This document shows positions 38,736 through 47,880 of a stretch of 64,000 bases of DNA, piece after piece. A program made the position numbers and the translations under genes. The notes beneath the pieces were generated by a model. The model was not told the origin of the DNA. It was given only the letters and a program-made list of their open reading frames with translations, and did no database searches. Numbering within the stretch: the stretch's first letter is position 1; each line of letters begins with the position of its first letter. The DNA is from Acidimicrobiia bacterium (lineage in GTDB: Bacteria > Actinomycetota > Acidimicrobiia > Spongiisociales > UBA11373): positions 3,901 through 67,900 of the forward strand of contig JBFFRY010000002.1 in the NCBI GenBank assembly GCA_041572755.1, written 5' to 3'.

Positions 38736-38743
38736 GGGGTCTG

Positions 38744-39655
38744 ATGACCCGCCGGTCTTGCTGGGCGCTTCTCGCCCTGTCCCTCATGGCATCCGCATGC
38801 GGCGCCGACGGAGGAGTCGACACCACCTCGGCCCCTGCGGCACCGGACTTCCCGACGATTGTGCTGGGCGTGGAGATTCCATCCCGCCCCGAGCGAATCG
38901 TTTCGGCCTCCGCCTCCCACACCGAGATCCTGTATGCGATCGGCGCCGGGGAGGGGATCGTGGCCACCGACCTCTTCAGCGACTATCCGCCGGAGGCCGC
39001 TTCCACCGAGAAGATCGATGCGTTCAACCTCAACGTCGAAGCGGTGGCGGCCTTGGAACCGGACCTGGTGATCCTCGGTTTCGACCCGGGCGACGTCACC
39101 GCCGGTCTCGCCACCCTCGGCATCCCCGTATTGCTCTTCGATGCCCCGGCAGCGCTCGTCGACGTCTGGAACCAGGTGGAAGCCCTGGGTGCCGCGATCG
39201 GCCGGCCCGAGGAGGCGGCGACCTTGACCGCCGATATGCAGGCCTCGATCGATGAGTTGGCCGGGTCGGTGGGTGGGGGTGAGCCGACGAGCTACTACCA
39301 CGAGCTCGACCCGACGTATTTCACCATCACCTCGGAGACCTTCCTCGGGGAGCTCTACGGGTTGCTGGGCCTGCGCAGCATCGCGGATGAGGCGAGCGAT
39401 GCCGGGTTCGGCTACCCGCAACTGAACGCCGAGTTCATCATCGACGCAGACCCCGATTTCGTGTTCCTGGCCGACACCCTGTGCTGTGGTGCGACGGTGG
39501 ATTCACTCGCCGAGCGGCCCGGGTGGGATTCACTGAGCGCGGTGGCGGACGGCCGGGTCGTCGTGCTCGACGACTCGGTGGCTTCGCGATGGGGCCCGAG
39601 GATCGTCGAGTTCCTCGAGACCGTGGCGGAGGCAGTTTGGGAGGGCGCCGGGTGA
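38744..39655 (+). CDS. ABC transporter substrate-binding lipoprotein, BtuF / siderophore-binding (periplasmic binding protein class III) family. The start was re-assigned to the ATG at 38744; the ORF-track start 38531 lies inside the riboswitch.
   Basis: MTRRSCWALLALSLMASACG (lipobox), IVSASASHTEILYAIGAGEGIVATD, LEPDLVILG. A cobalamin riboswitch lies immediately upstream. Confidence 0.85.
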   Translation: MTRRSCWALLALSLMASACGADGGVDTTSAPAAPDFPTIVLGVEIPSRPERIVSASASHTEILYAIGAGEGIVATDLFSDYPPEAASTEKIDAFNLNVEAVAALEPDLVILGFDPGDVTAGLATLGIPVLLFDAPAALVDVWNQVEALGAAIGRPEEAATLTADMQASIDELAGSVGGGEPTSYYHELDPTYFTITSETFLGELYGLLGLRSIADEASDAGFGYPQLNAEFIIDADPDFVFLADTLCCGATVDSLAERPGWDSLSAVADGRVVVLDDSVASRWGPRIVEFLETVAEAVWEGAG

Positions 39656-40680
39656 CCGGGCAGTCCCGCCGCGCCGGGCCGGGCCGCCTGACCCTCATGT
39701 TGGGGGTCCTGCTGGGCGCCGTGGTGGCCGGCCTGCTCGTCGGGCCCGTCTCGCTCAATCCCTTGCGGGTACTCGCCGAAATCGTCGACCGGTTGCCTTT
39801 GGTCTCCGTCGACAGCGGGTTGACGGAACGCGAGGCCGCCATCGTCTGGGATCTCAGGTTGCCGCGGGTGGTGTTGGGGGCGATCGTTGGGGCGGTGCTC
39901 TCCGTGGCCGGTGGCGCCTATCAGGGCGTGTTTCGCAACCCCCTGGCAGATCCGTATCTCCTCGGAGTGGCGGCCGGTGCCGGTCTCGGGGCGACGCTGG
40001 CCATCGTGGGGGGCCAGTCGACCGGGGGTTTCGTGCCTCTGGCGGCCTTTGTCGGCGCCGTAGCCGCCGTGGCCGCCGCCTATGGGCTGGGGAGCGCCGG
40101 GGGAATGACGGGGTCGTCGCTGATCCTCGCCGGCGTGGCGGTGGCGGCCTTCTTCACGGCGGCACAGACCTATGTTCAGCAGCGCAACGCCGACACGATC
40201 CGGGAGGTCTTCGCCTGGATCCTGGGAAGGCTGGGGACGGCCGGATGGCACGAGGTGCGGCTGGTCATTCCCTATGCGTTCGTGTCGGTGGTCGTGATCC
40301 TGCTGCATCGCAGGCTGCTCGACGTGATGGCGGTGGGCGAGGACGAGGCCGGGACACTGGGCGTCGACCCGGCCCGGGTGCGGCTCACGGTGGTGCTCGC
40401 AGCAACGCTGGGGACGGCGGCGGTGGTGGCGGTGAGCGGCCTCATAGGCTTCGTCGGGATCATCGTGCCTCACACGATCCGCCTCATGTTCGGGGGTAGC
40501 TACCGCTCGATCCTTCCTTTGGCCGTGATCGGCGGAGCCGCGTTTCTGGTGCTCGCCGATCTCGCCGCCCGTACCGTGCTGGCACCCGCCGAGGTCCCGA
40601 TCGGTGTGGTGACTGCCTTCCTGGGTGCCCCGTTCTTCGGTGTGGTGCTTCGCAGTTCGGTGCGGAGGAGGACCTCATGA
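39652..40680 (+). CDS. FecCD-family ABC importer permease (BtuC-like). A GTG start at 39652 overlaps the binding-protein stop (GTGA).
   Basis: 10-TM FecCD signature (LRLPRVVLGAIVGAVLSVAGGAYQGVFRNPLADPYLLGV, MVAVGEDEAGTLGVD). The ORF-track N-terminus (from 39481) is junk overlapping the SBP gene. Confidence 0.85.
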   Translation: MTGQSRRAGPGRLTLMLGVLLGAVVAGLLVGPVSLNPLRVLAEIVDRLPLVSVDSGLTEREAAIVWDLRLPRVVLGAIVGAVLSVAGGAYQGVFRNPLADPYLLGVAAGAGLGATLAIVGGQSTGGFVPLAAFVGAVAAVAAAYGLGSAGGMTGSSLILAGVAVAAFFTAAQTYVQQRNADTIREVFAWILGRLGTAGWHEVRLVIPYAFVSVVVILLHRRLLDVMAVGEDEAGTLGVDPARVRLTVVLAATLGTAAVVAVSGLIGFVGIIVPHTIRLMFGGSYRSILPLAVIGGAAFLVLADLAARTVLAPAEVPIGVVTAFLGAPFFGVVLRSSVRRRTS

Positions 40681-41456
40681 GCGGAATCGCGACATCGGGC
40701 GTCACCGTGGCCTACAACGGGCGCGCCGTCCTCGACGGCGTCGACCTGCGCGTGGCCGGCGGTGAATGGGTGGCCGTCATCGGGCCCAACGGGGCCGGGA
40801 AGACGACGTTGTTGCGGGCGGTCTCCGGAACGGTGCCCTTTGGGGGGTCGGTGCTCATCGGCGGCGTGCCGATCGACTCGATGTCACGACGCGAGGCGTC
40901 CCGAGCGATCGCGGTCGTTCCCCAGCATCCGGTGATTCCCAGCGGGGCCACGGCCCTCGACTACGTCCTGCTCGGCCGGACCCCCTACATCGGCTATTGG
41001 GAGATGGAGCAGGCCGAGGACGTTCGCATCGCCCGCTCCGCGCTGGAGAGACTGGACTGTGGGGAACTCGCCCGGCGCCAGGTGGGCAGGTTGTCGGGAG
41101 GGGAACGGCAGCGGGTCGTACTGGCCCGAGCCCTCGCCCAGGATGCCGAGATCCTCCTGCTCGACGAGCCGACGACATCGCTCGACATCGGGCATCAACA
41201 GCAGGTGCTCGACCTCGTCGACGGTCTTCGTCGGGAGCGGGGGATCACCGTCCTGGCGGCCTTCCACGATCTCACGCTCGCCGCCCAATACGCGGATCGG
41301 ATGGCGCTGCTCGACGGGGGCGTGATCGTCGCCGACGGACCGCCCACAGAGGTGCTCACGGCCGACGTGCTGGCGCGGTTCTCGGGTGCGAGGGTAACGG
41401 TGCTGCGGAGCCCCGATGGTGATCCGATCGTTGTGCCCCTGAGGGATCAGGCGTAG
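40677..41456 (+). CDS. ABC transporter ATP-binding protein (BtuD/FecE-like).
   Basis: Walker A GPNGAGKTTLL, LSGGERQRV, LLLDEPTTSLD, H-loop. Confidence 0.9.
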   Translation: MSGIATSGVTVAYNGRAVLDGVDLRVAGGEWVAVIGPNGAGKTTLLRAVSGTVPFGGSVLIGGVPIDSMSRREASRAIAVVPQHPVIPSGATALDYVLLGRTPYIGYWEMEQAEDVRIARSALERLDCGELARRQVGRLSGGERQRVVLARALAQDAEILLLDEPTTSLDIGHQQQVLDLVDGLRRERGITVLAAFHDLTLAAQYADRMALLDGGVIVADGPPTEVLTADVLARFSGARVTVLRSPDGDPIVVPLRDQA

Positions 41457-42175
41457 TTGTTGTACAGCGAACCGATGGCGTAGGAGACCGCGGCCCCCCC
41501 GGCCGCCACGGCCATGTTCTCGAGTCCGGCGACGATCGGGTTCGTGTGGGTGGTGACGGTCTTCACGGCGCCGACCACGAACAGGGCGATCCCGCTGCCG
41601 GCGGCGGCCACCAGCAAGCCCATGCCGGTGTTTGTGATGAATGCGAAGGGGAGCACCGAGGGAAGCGATCCGGCGAGGAACAGCAGTCCGGACATGACCA
41701 TGGCGGTGATCGGCGAGCGCCGTTCGGTGTCGACGACCCCGAACTCCAGGGCCATCATCACCTTCAGGAAGGCCTCGTCGTCGGCATCGAGGATGGTGAC
41801 GATCCGCTCGATCTCATCGGCGGGGAACCCGAGATCGCCGAACATCTCCCTGATCTCGTCGCGTTCGACATCGCGATGGAACCGGAGGTGCTCCCGTTCC
41901 AACTCCATCTCCTTGTCGAAGACCTCTTCCTGGGACTTCGTCGCCATGTACTCACCGGCGGCCATCGACACCGCTCCGGCGACCGAGGCCGCCAGCGCCG
42001 CCAGCAGCACCTCCCGGTTGGCGAGGCCACCGCCGACGACCCCGACGACGAGCAGGAAGATCGAGACCAACCCGTCGTTGACCCCGAGGATGATGTCGCG
42101 GATGTATTGGCGGGCGACACCGCTGTGTTCACGGTAGGGAGGGGCCTCGACGGCGGTGTCCTTGGGCGTTGCCAT
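41447..42175 (-). CDS. VIT family (CCC1-like) metal transporter. The start was re-assigned to the ATG at 42175 (MATPKDTAVEAPPYREH...).
   Basis: ILGVNDGLVSIFLLVVGVVGG, the central EF-hand-like acidic loop (EMELEREHLRFHRDVERDEIREMF), C-terminal TM bundle. The ORF-track N-terminal 53 aa are unsupported. Confidence 0.8.
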   Translation of the reverse strand: MATPKDTAVEAPPYREHSGVARQYIRDIILGVNDGLVSIFLLVVGVVGGGLANREVLLAALAASVAGAVSMAAGEYMATKSQEEVFDKEMELEREHLRFHRDVERDEIREMFGDLGFPADEIERIVTILDADDEAFLKVMMALEFGVVDTERRSPITAMVMSGLLFLAGSLPSVLPFAFITNTGMGLLVAAAGSGIALFVVGAVKTVTTHTNPIVAGLENMAVAAGGAAVSYAIGSLYNNYA

Positions 42176-42272
42176 CGGGGAGGAGTGTATTCGTCGGATG
42201 AGCGGTGAACGCCCCCCCGGCGAGTCGGGGGCTCGATGGGTAGCCTCGCGGGGAGCAGTCGACGGAGGATCG

Positions 42273-43109
42273 GTGGCTGAGGAGATCACGGCAGAGGCGG
42301 CGGAGGTACCGCGGAACCGCAACAGCCGGGGCAAGTTGAAGCGGAGGTACTACGAGGACGAGTTGGCCAAGCTGCAGATCGAGTTGGCCAAGCTGCAGTC
42401 CTGGATCCGCCAGAAGGGGCTCAAGGTCGTGGTGATCTTCGAGGGCAGGGACGCCGCGGGGAAGGGCGGTGTGATCAAGAGGATCGCCGAAAGGCTCAAT
42501 CCCCGGGTGTGTCGGATCGTGGCGTTGGGAACCCCGACCGAGCGGGAGAAGACGCAGTGGTATTTCCAGCGTTACGTGGAGCGGCTTCCCGCATCCGGGG
42601 AGATGGTGCTGTTCGATCGCAGCTGGTACAACCGGGCGGGTGTGGAACGGGTGATGGGGTTCTGCGACGACGAGGAGTACTGGGAGTTCCTCCGATCGTG
42701 TCCGGAGTTCGAGCGGATGTTGGTGCGCTCCGGGATCACGCTGATCAAGTACTGGTTCTCGGTGAGCCTCGAAGAGCAGGAGCGGCGCTTTCAGGCCCGC
42801 ATGAAGGATCCCAAGAAGCGTTGGAAGCTCAGCGACATGGACCTGGAGTCGCGCATGCGGTGGCAGGAGTACTCCAAGGCGAAGGACGAGATGCTGGCTC
42901 ACACCGACATCAAGCAAGCGCCGTGGTACGTGGTGCCCGCCGACGACAAGAGGGCGGCCCGCCTCAACTGCATTGCCCACATGCTGACGCTCATCTCCTA
43001 CGAGGACCTCACCCGCCAGATGACGTCGCTGCCGGAGCGACCCGAGGAGCGGCGCGGCTACGTCCGGCCGCCGATGGAAGATCAGACGTTCATCGAGGAG
43101 CGGTTCTAG
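42273..43109 (+). CDS. ppk2: Polyphosphate kinase 2 (PPK2). The start is tentatively the GTG at 42273 after the RBS ggagga. Alternatives are the ATG at 42198 or the ORF-track start 42156, which would overlap the divergent VIT gene.
   Basis: YYEDELAKLQIELAKLQ, Walker A FEGRDAAGKGG, FDRSWYNRAGVERVMGF, lid KYWFSVSLEEQERRF. Confidence 0.85.
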   Translation: MAEEITAEAAEVPRNRNSRGKLKRRYYEDELAKLQIELAKLQSWIRQKGLKVVVIFEGRDAAGKGGVIKRIAERLNPRVCRIVALGTPTEREKTQWYFQRYVERLPASGEMVLFDRSWYNRAGVERVMGFCDDEEYWEFLRSCPEFERMLVRSGITLIKYWFSVSLEEQERRFQARMKDPKKRWKLSDMDLESRMRWQEYSKAKDEMLAHTDIKQAPWYVVPADDKRAARLNCIAHMLTLISYEDLTRQMTSLPERPEERRGYVRPPMEDQTFIEERF

Positions 43110-44578
43110 GCCCGCTCGGTGCGGCGGTTGAGGCCGTTGATGCGCTGCGAAAGGTCTCCGGTGAGGGCGTTCGGGCCGACACGCCAACACCAGTTTCCCC
43201 GCACGGTCGCCGGAGTGTTCATCCGGGCGGCGGTGTCGAGCCCGAGGAAGTCCTGGAGGGGGGCTATGGCCAGCCGGGCCCGGGAAGCCCACACGGCTTC
43301 GATCATCGCATCGACGACCTGTGAGCCGCTCACCCCCAGATAGCGGCGGGCCCGGCGTTGCTCGGCGTTGGAAGCCGACCGGTACCACCCGAGGGTGGTG
43401 TCGTTGTCGTGGGTTCCGGTGTAGGCGATGCAGTGCTCGGGATAGTGCTCGGGGAGGAAGGCATTGTCCGGGTCGCCATCGAAGGCGAACTGGAGGATCT
43501 TCATCCCCGGGAGGCCCAACTCGTCGCGCAGGGCGGGCACCGCGGGATGCAACTCACCGAGGTCTTCGGCGATGATGGGAAGCCCTCCGAGGGCGGCCTC
43601 GACGGCATCGAAGAACGGCCGTCCCGGACCGTCGACCCAGCGGCCCGTCTCGGCCGTCGGGGAACCCGCCGGTATCTCCCAGTAGTCGACGAAGCCCCGG
43701 AAATGGTCGATGCGGACCACGTCGACGAGCCGGCGGGCGCTGCGGAGGCGTTCGATCCACCAGGAGTAGCCGTCGGCGGCGTGAGCCGCCCAGGCGTAGA
43801 GCGGGTTGCCCCACAGTTGGCCGGTCTTCGAGAAGTAGTCCGGGGGGACGCCGGCCACGACGCTGGGCCGCCGCCGGTCGTCGAGTTCGAAGAGGTCCGG
43901 TCGGGCCCAGACCTCGACGCTGTCGAGGGCAACGAAGATCGGGATGTCGCCGATGATGCGGATTCCGGCTCGGCCGGCCCGCTCCCGGAGGAGCCCCAAC
44001 TGCCGGAAGAAGAGGAACTGGGTGAATGCGTGACGGTCGACGGAGGCGGCGTGCTTCCGCCGGTCGATGGCCCCGGGTTCGGCGAGACGGAGCTCCTCGG
44101 GCCACTCCCACCACGGCCTCGCCCCTTGTGCCTCCTTGAGGGCCATGAAGAGCGCGTAGTCACCGACCCAGGAGTTTTGGGCGCAGAACCCTTCGTAGTC
44201 GGTGCGAAGAGGATGGTCCGGTGAGTTGAGATGCGCCTCTTCGAGCAGCCGCTGTTTCCAGGGGATCACCGCGCCGAAATCGACGATGTCGTCGGGGAAT
44301 GAGGGGCGATCGTCGAGGCGAGCAGCGGGAACGAGTCCGTCCTCGACGAGCAGCTCGGGGGAGATGAGGTTCGGGTTCCCGGCGTGCGCCGAGAAGCTCT
44401 GATAGGGAGAGTCGCCGTACCCGGTCGGGCCGATCGGCAGGATCTGCCAGTGGCGGCAACCCGTACCTGCCAGCCAATCGATCCACCGGTGGGATTGGGG
44501 CCCGAGGTCGCCGATGCCGAAGGCACCCGGGAGCGAGGTCGGGTGAAGCAGGATGCCGGAGGAGCGGTCGGGGAACAT
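43106..44578 (-). CDS. malQ: 4-alpha-glucanotransferase (amylomaltase, GH77).
   Basis: SGILLHPTSLPG..GIGDLG, PIGPTGYGDSPYQSFSAHAGNP, GDIPIFVA, EDLG. Canonical GH77 catalytic motifs. Confidence 0.9.
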   Translation of the reverse strand: MFPDRSSGILLHPTSLPGAFGIGDLGPQSHRWIDWLAGTGCRHWQILPIGPTGYGDSPYQSFSAHAGNPNLISPELLVEDGLVPAARLDDRPSFPDDIVDFGAVIPWKQRLLEEAHLNSPDHPLRTDYEGFCAQNSWVGDYALFMALKEAQGARPWWEWPEELRLAEPGAIDRRKHAASVDRHAFTQFLFFRQLGLLRERAGRAGIRIIGDIPIFVALDSVEVWARPDLFELDDRRRPSVVAGVPPDYFSKTGQLWGNPLYAWAAHAADGYSWWIERLRSARRLVDVVRIDHFRGFVDYWEIPAGSPTAETGRWVDGPGRPFFDAVEAALGGLPIIAEDLGELHPAVPALRDELGLPGMKILQFAFDGDPDNAFLPEHYPEHCIAYTGTHDNDTTLGWYRSASNAEQRRARRYLGVSGSQVVDAMIEAVWASRARLAIAPLQDFLGLDTAARMNTPATVRGNWCWRVGPNALTGDLSQRINGLNRRTERA

Positions 44579-44625
44579 CGGGCCGGATCATGTTACGGCC
44601 GATAACCTCAACTGCGGAGGTCGTG

Positions 44626-45390
44626 ATGGCGGGCCGGAGATCCCGGGTGTATCGGGCCGACCGGGTGGCGCCGTTGCAGTGGGTGCTTTCGGTCGATGGA
44701 AGACCGCAGTCCGATCACCGGTCCTACCGAGCCGCGGTGCAGCACGCCCGGGCGGTGGAGCGTGGATTCAGGACGAGGCGAGCCGTGGTTCGCAACGGCA
44801 TCACCCTGCTCGTGTGCCTCATCGCTGTGGGTCTCGTCGTCGAATTCCGGCATGTCGCCAATCCGGACTACGACCCGGCGCGCGCCTTCGTCGAACGCAT
44901 GGAGGCAGAAGCCCGCGCCACGATCGCCGGATCGGTGGTGGAGCCCGACGGGGACATTCGGGCGGCGTCATTCCTGCTCGAGGTCGGCACCGCCGGAGAG
45001 CAGGAGGTTTGGGTGATCACCGGGGACTTCGGCGGAGACTGCTACTTGATCCGGTGGCGGCCGGGCGAAGCACCGTTTGTCGCCGTGCTTGCACCCCGTC
45101 ACCCGTGTGAGCCGGGACCGGCGGCTTTGTCCACAGCGGCCGATGGCTTCGAGCGGGTGGCGGTGCAACTGTTCGCCGACCGGCCGATCGACTGGGATCC
45201 GGTTCTCCCGGCGGAGGAGAACCTGGCGGTGTGGTTCTTCCCGGTCGTCTTCGTGACGGCCTTCCTGGTGCTTCGGACTCTGGTGAGCATTTCGATCATC
45301 GCCATACAACGGGGGGTTCCCACGCCGGCCATACCGGTGGAACGCCGTGAGCCCGGCGATCAGCGGCAGAGGTCGGTGACGAGCGGATAG
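44626..45390 (+). CDS. Hypothetical membrane-anchored protein (start at the ATG at 44626 or the ORF-track 44590).
   Basis: One N-terminal TM (ITLLVCLIAVGLVV) and one C-terminal TM (VWFFPVVFVTAFLVLRTLVSISIIAI). No family recognised. Confidence 0.4.
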   Translation: MAGRRSRVYRADRVAPLQWVLSVDGRPQSDHRSYRAAVQHARAVERGFRTRRAVVRNGITLLVCLIAVGLVVEFRHVANPDYDPARAFVERMEAEARATIAGSVVEPDGDIRAASFLLEVGTAGEQEVWVITGDFGGDCYLIRWRPGEAPFVAVLAPRHPCEPGPAALSTAADGFERVAVQLFADRPIDWDPVLPAEENLAVWFFPVVFVTAFLVLRTLVSISIIAIQRGVPTPAIPVERREPGDQRQRSVTSG

Positions 45391-46223
45391 GGGTCGACGA
45401 GGTAGTCGAGCCCGCCCCCGCGGGGCATCCAGCCGAGGTGGAGGTGCGGCGTGTCGGCGTTGCCGGTCACGCCCACCCAGCCGACGAGGTCGCCGGCCTC
45501 GACCGGATCACCGGGCCCGACCCCCGGGGCATATCCGGCGAGGTGGGCGTAGTAGTAGTCCTGGCCGGTGATTGCTCCGTGGATGTAGAGGCCCCAGCCG
45601 CCGGCCCAGTGCCAATCGGCCTGGGTTACGAAGCCGTCTTCGATGGCCACCAGGGGGGTGCCCCACTCGGCGAGAAGGTCGATGCCCTTGTGGGTCCGGC
45701 CCCAGGGGCGTCCTTCGCCCCAGTCGTGCTCGTAGTGGTGCCATCCCTCGACCGGGCAGACACGGCCGTGGAGGTCGAAGTCGAGACCGAGACGCCGGCC
45801 GACGGCGACCCGAACCTTTCGCGCCGTTGTGACGGCATCCTGATGCAGGACCCAAGCCCCGAGGAGGCGGCGGAGGGACTCCAGCCGATCCGGCTCGGCG
45901 CCGAGCATCTGCTTCATGATCTCGGTGGCGACCAGGCCTTCGTCGACCCGCCCGACGATGGGCAGCAGAACGGCCCCGGCCCCGGCCCGGGCCTCGTCGA
46001 GGGCCGCTTCCACGGAGGAGAGGCGCGCCCCGAGACGGGCGGTCTGATCGCCGCCGGCCAGCCACCGGTTGGATCGGGCGACCACCGTGACTTCGAGGCG
46101 GAGCCGCTGGGTGACGGCGGCCAGTTCGTCTTCGGGTGGTTGCTCCTGGGCTCCGGCGCCCGGAGCCGCGACGATCAAACTCGCGGCGAGAGCGGCAACG
46201 AAGGCACGCCGGGGGGGTCTCAT
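45360..46223 (-). CDS. Secreted M23 family metallopeptidase (LytM-like).
   Basis: Signal peptide. HxxxD / HxH motifs (HKGIDLLAEWGTPLVAIEDGFV...YYYAHLAGY...GNADTPHLHLGW). Confidence 0.8.
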   Translation of the reverse strand: MRPPRRAFVAALAASLIVAAPGAGAQEQPPEDELAAVTQRLRLEVTVVARSNRWLAGGDQTARLGARLSSVEAALDEARAGAGAVLLPIVGRVDEGLVATEIMKQMLGAEPDRLESLRRLLGAWVLHQDAVTTARKVRVAVGRRLGLDFDLHGRVCPVEGWHHYEHDWGEGRPWGRTHKGIDLLAEWGTPLVAIEDGFVTQADWHWAGGWGLYIHGAITGQDYYYAHLAGYAPGVGPGDPVEAGDLVGWVGVTGNADTPHLHLGWMPRGGGLDYLVDPYPLVTDLCR

Positions 46224-46247
46224 CAGCGCCGAGGGTAGCGAGGCGCC

Positions 46248-46508
46248 CTAACCGTGGAGTGCCACCAGCTCCAAGGCACGGTCGGTCACCAGGACCATGA
46301 GCTCCCGATCGATGCTGTCGGGGAGCATGGCCGGTGGGGCCTCCGGGTCGTAGGTGATGTTGGGCGCCTCGTCGTTGAGCCGGGTCCAGGGGGAGAGGCC
46401 TTCGGTGGCGGCATTGACCAGGACGACGGCGTGGGCGTTGTCGGGTTGGACGTGGTCGTGTTCGGTCTGAATGCGGAGATAGGGAACGGCGACGCCGCTC
46501 ATCGACAT
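46248..46508 (-). CDS. Small hypothetical protein (start uncertain; the ORF-track model to 46670 overlaps the surE 3' end).
   Basis: MSMSGVAVPYLRIQTEHDHVQPDNAHAVVLVNAATEGLSPW... protein-like composition. No family recognised. Confidence 0.3.
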   Translation of the reverse strand: MSMSGVAVPYLRIQTEHDHVQPDNAHAVVLVNAATEGLSPWTRLNDEAPNITYDPEAPPAMLPDSIDRELMVLVTDRALELVALHG

Positions 46509-46611
46509 CGAGGCCTCCCGCTCCGCCCAGTAGGCCTCGTCGTCGCAGGAGACCTCCCGGTTGAGCCACCCGACCTCGCCAATGCGGCGGCCAGAACGAT
46601 CGAGCGACCCG

Positions 46612-47424
46612 TCACGGCGCCCCATGTGCCTGCAGCCGGGCCGCCAACTCGGCGGCGGGAGCAACCGCATGGGTGCCGCGGAGCGGGGTGATGGCGACGA
46701 CTCCCTCCATGGCGGCCTCGATGTCGGTCCCCTGCAGCGTGTCCCGGTAGTGGACGCCGCCGCCGAAGTCGTGGACGTAGGTCCCGGGTGACTCCTCCCG
46801 AAAGAGGCGGTCGTAACCGATGTCGGCGATCGTGGTGATCCGCCGCTCCGTGTGGAGGTCGGCGTCGTCGGGAAGGTTGATGCTCACCGGCACGGCCGGG
46901 TCGGGATCGAGGAGGAGAGCCTCCGTGAGGTGGGCGGCGACGGCCGCAAGACGCTCCCACACCGGGCGCGACTCGGCGCTCTCGACCCACTGTCTCCACG
47001 GTCCCCACGGCTCCTTGGAACCGGTGGAGAACGCTACGGCGGCCACTCCGGCGATAGCCGCCTCGAGCGCGGCCCCGACCGTTCCGCTCGATTGGAGGAA
47101 GGCCGACCCGTGGTTGTAGCCGATGTTGATGCCCGACACGACCAAGGTGGGCGCCGAGTCGAAGAGAATGTGTACGCCCAGTTGGACGCAGTCGGCGGGG
47201 TAGCCGTCGACCGCCAGCATCGGGATCCCTTGGCGTTCGACCGGGGTGACGGTGACCGGCTCGAGTCTCGTGATCGCCTTGGCGACCCAACTCCGCTCGC
47301 GGGAGGGCACGACCACTCGAATGGGTGCCACCGCCGACAGGGCCGCTGCCAGCGGGGCGAGACCGGGGGCGTCGATGCCGTCGTCGTTGACGACCAGGAT
47401 CCAGGTCGACGCAGGCGACGTCAT
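46612..47424 (-). CDS. surE: 5'/3'-nucleotidase SurE.
   Basis: ILVVNDDGIDAPGL (DDG metal site), SGINIGYNHGSAFLQSSGTVGAALEA. Confidence 0.9.
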   Translation of the reverse strand: MTSPASTWILVVNDDGIDAPGLAPLAAALSAVAPIRVVVPSRERSWVAKAITRLEPVTVTPVERQGIPMLAVDGYPADCVQLGVHILFDSAPTLVVSGINIGYNHGSAFLQSSGTVGAALEAAIAGVAAVAFSTGSKEPWGPWRQWVESAESRPVWERLAAVAAHLTEALLLDPDPAVPVSINLPDDADLHTERRITTIADIGYDRLFREESPGTYVHDFGGGVHYRDTLQGTDIEAAMEGVVAITPLRGTHAVAPAAELAARLQAHGAP

Positions 47425-47795
47425 GGGTACCGGTGGCGATCGACGACGACCCGCACCACCGTTCCCCGGCTGATCTGCCGGTCACCCTCGAACGCCTCGA
47501 CCGTGAAGTGAAGGCGCCGGCCGTTCACCTCGTGGAGGGTGGCGATGGCGCGAATCTCGGCGCCGATGGGCGAGGCGGCGAGATGTTCGAGGTGGACCTC
47601 CACCCCGACCGTCGTCGCGGTGTCGGGGACTCGCTCGGAGACGGCGGCGACCGTGGCCGCTTCACAGAGGGCGATGAGTCGGGGAGTGGCGAGGACCTGG
47701 ACGTCGCCCGATCCGACCTCGACGGCGGTGTCCCTGCGCTGGACGGTGGCGATCACCTCGGCGCGGTCGCCGACGGCGGGGCCGATCGATGGCAT
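47421..47795 (-). CDS. Hotdog-fold thioesterase-like protein (FlK / 4HBT-like).
   Basis: 124 aa. The pattern GDRAEV...V...DT......GSGDV.VLATP.LIALCE.A is similar to the fluoroacetyl-CoA thioesterase family hotdog proteins. ATGA overlap with surE. Confidence 0.65.
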   Translation of the reverse strand: MPSIGPAVGDRAEVIATVQRRDTAVEVGSGDVQVLATPRLIALCEAATVAAVSERVPDTATTVGVEVHLEHLAASPIGAEIRAIATLHEVNGRRLHFTVEAFEGDRQISRGTVVRVVVDRHRYP

Positions 47796-47880
47796 GGTGT
47801 CACCGTATCACCGGCTCCCGGGTCTACCGTGGGAACCGGACGGTGGGTTGCCGTCGTCCCAGCGGGGACGAGGAGGCTAC

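Noticed and set aside
43106-43109. 4-nt convergent overlap of the PPK2 and malQ 3' ends as a possible antisense regulatory arrangement.
   Set aside because: Short convergent stop-codon overlaps are common in compact high-GC genomes and need no special explanation.
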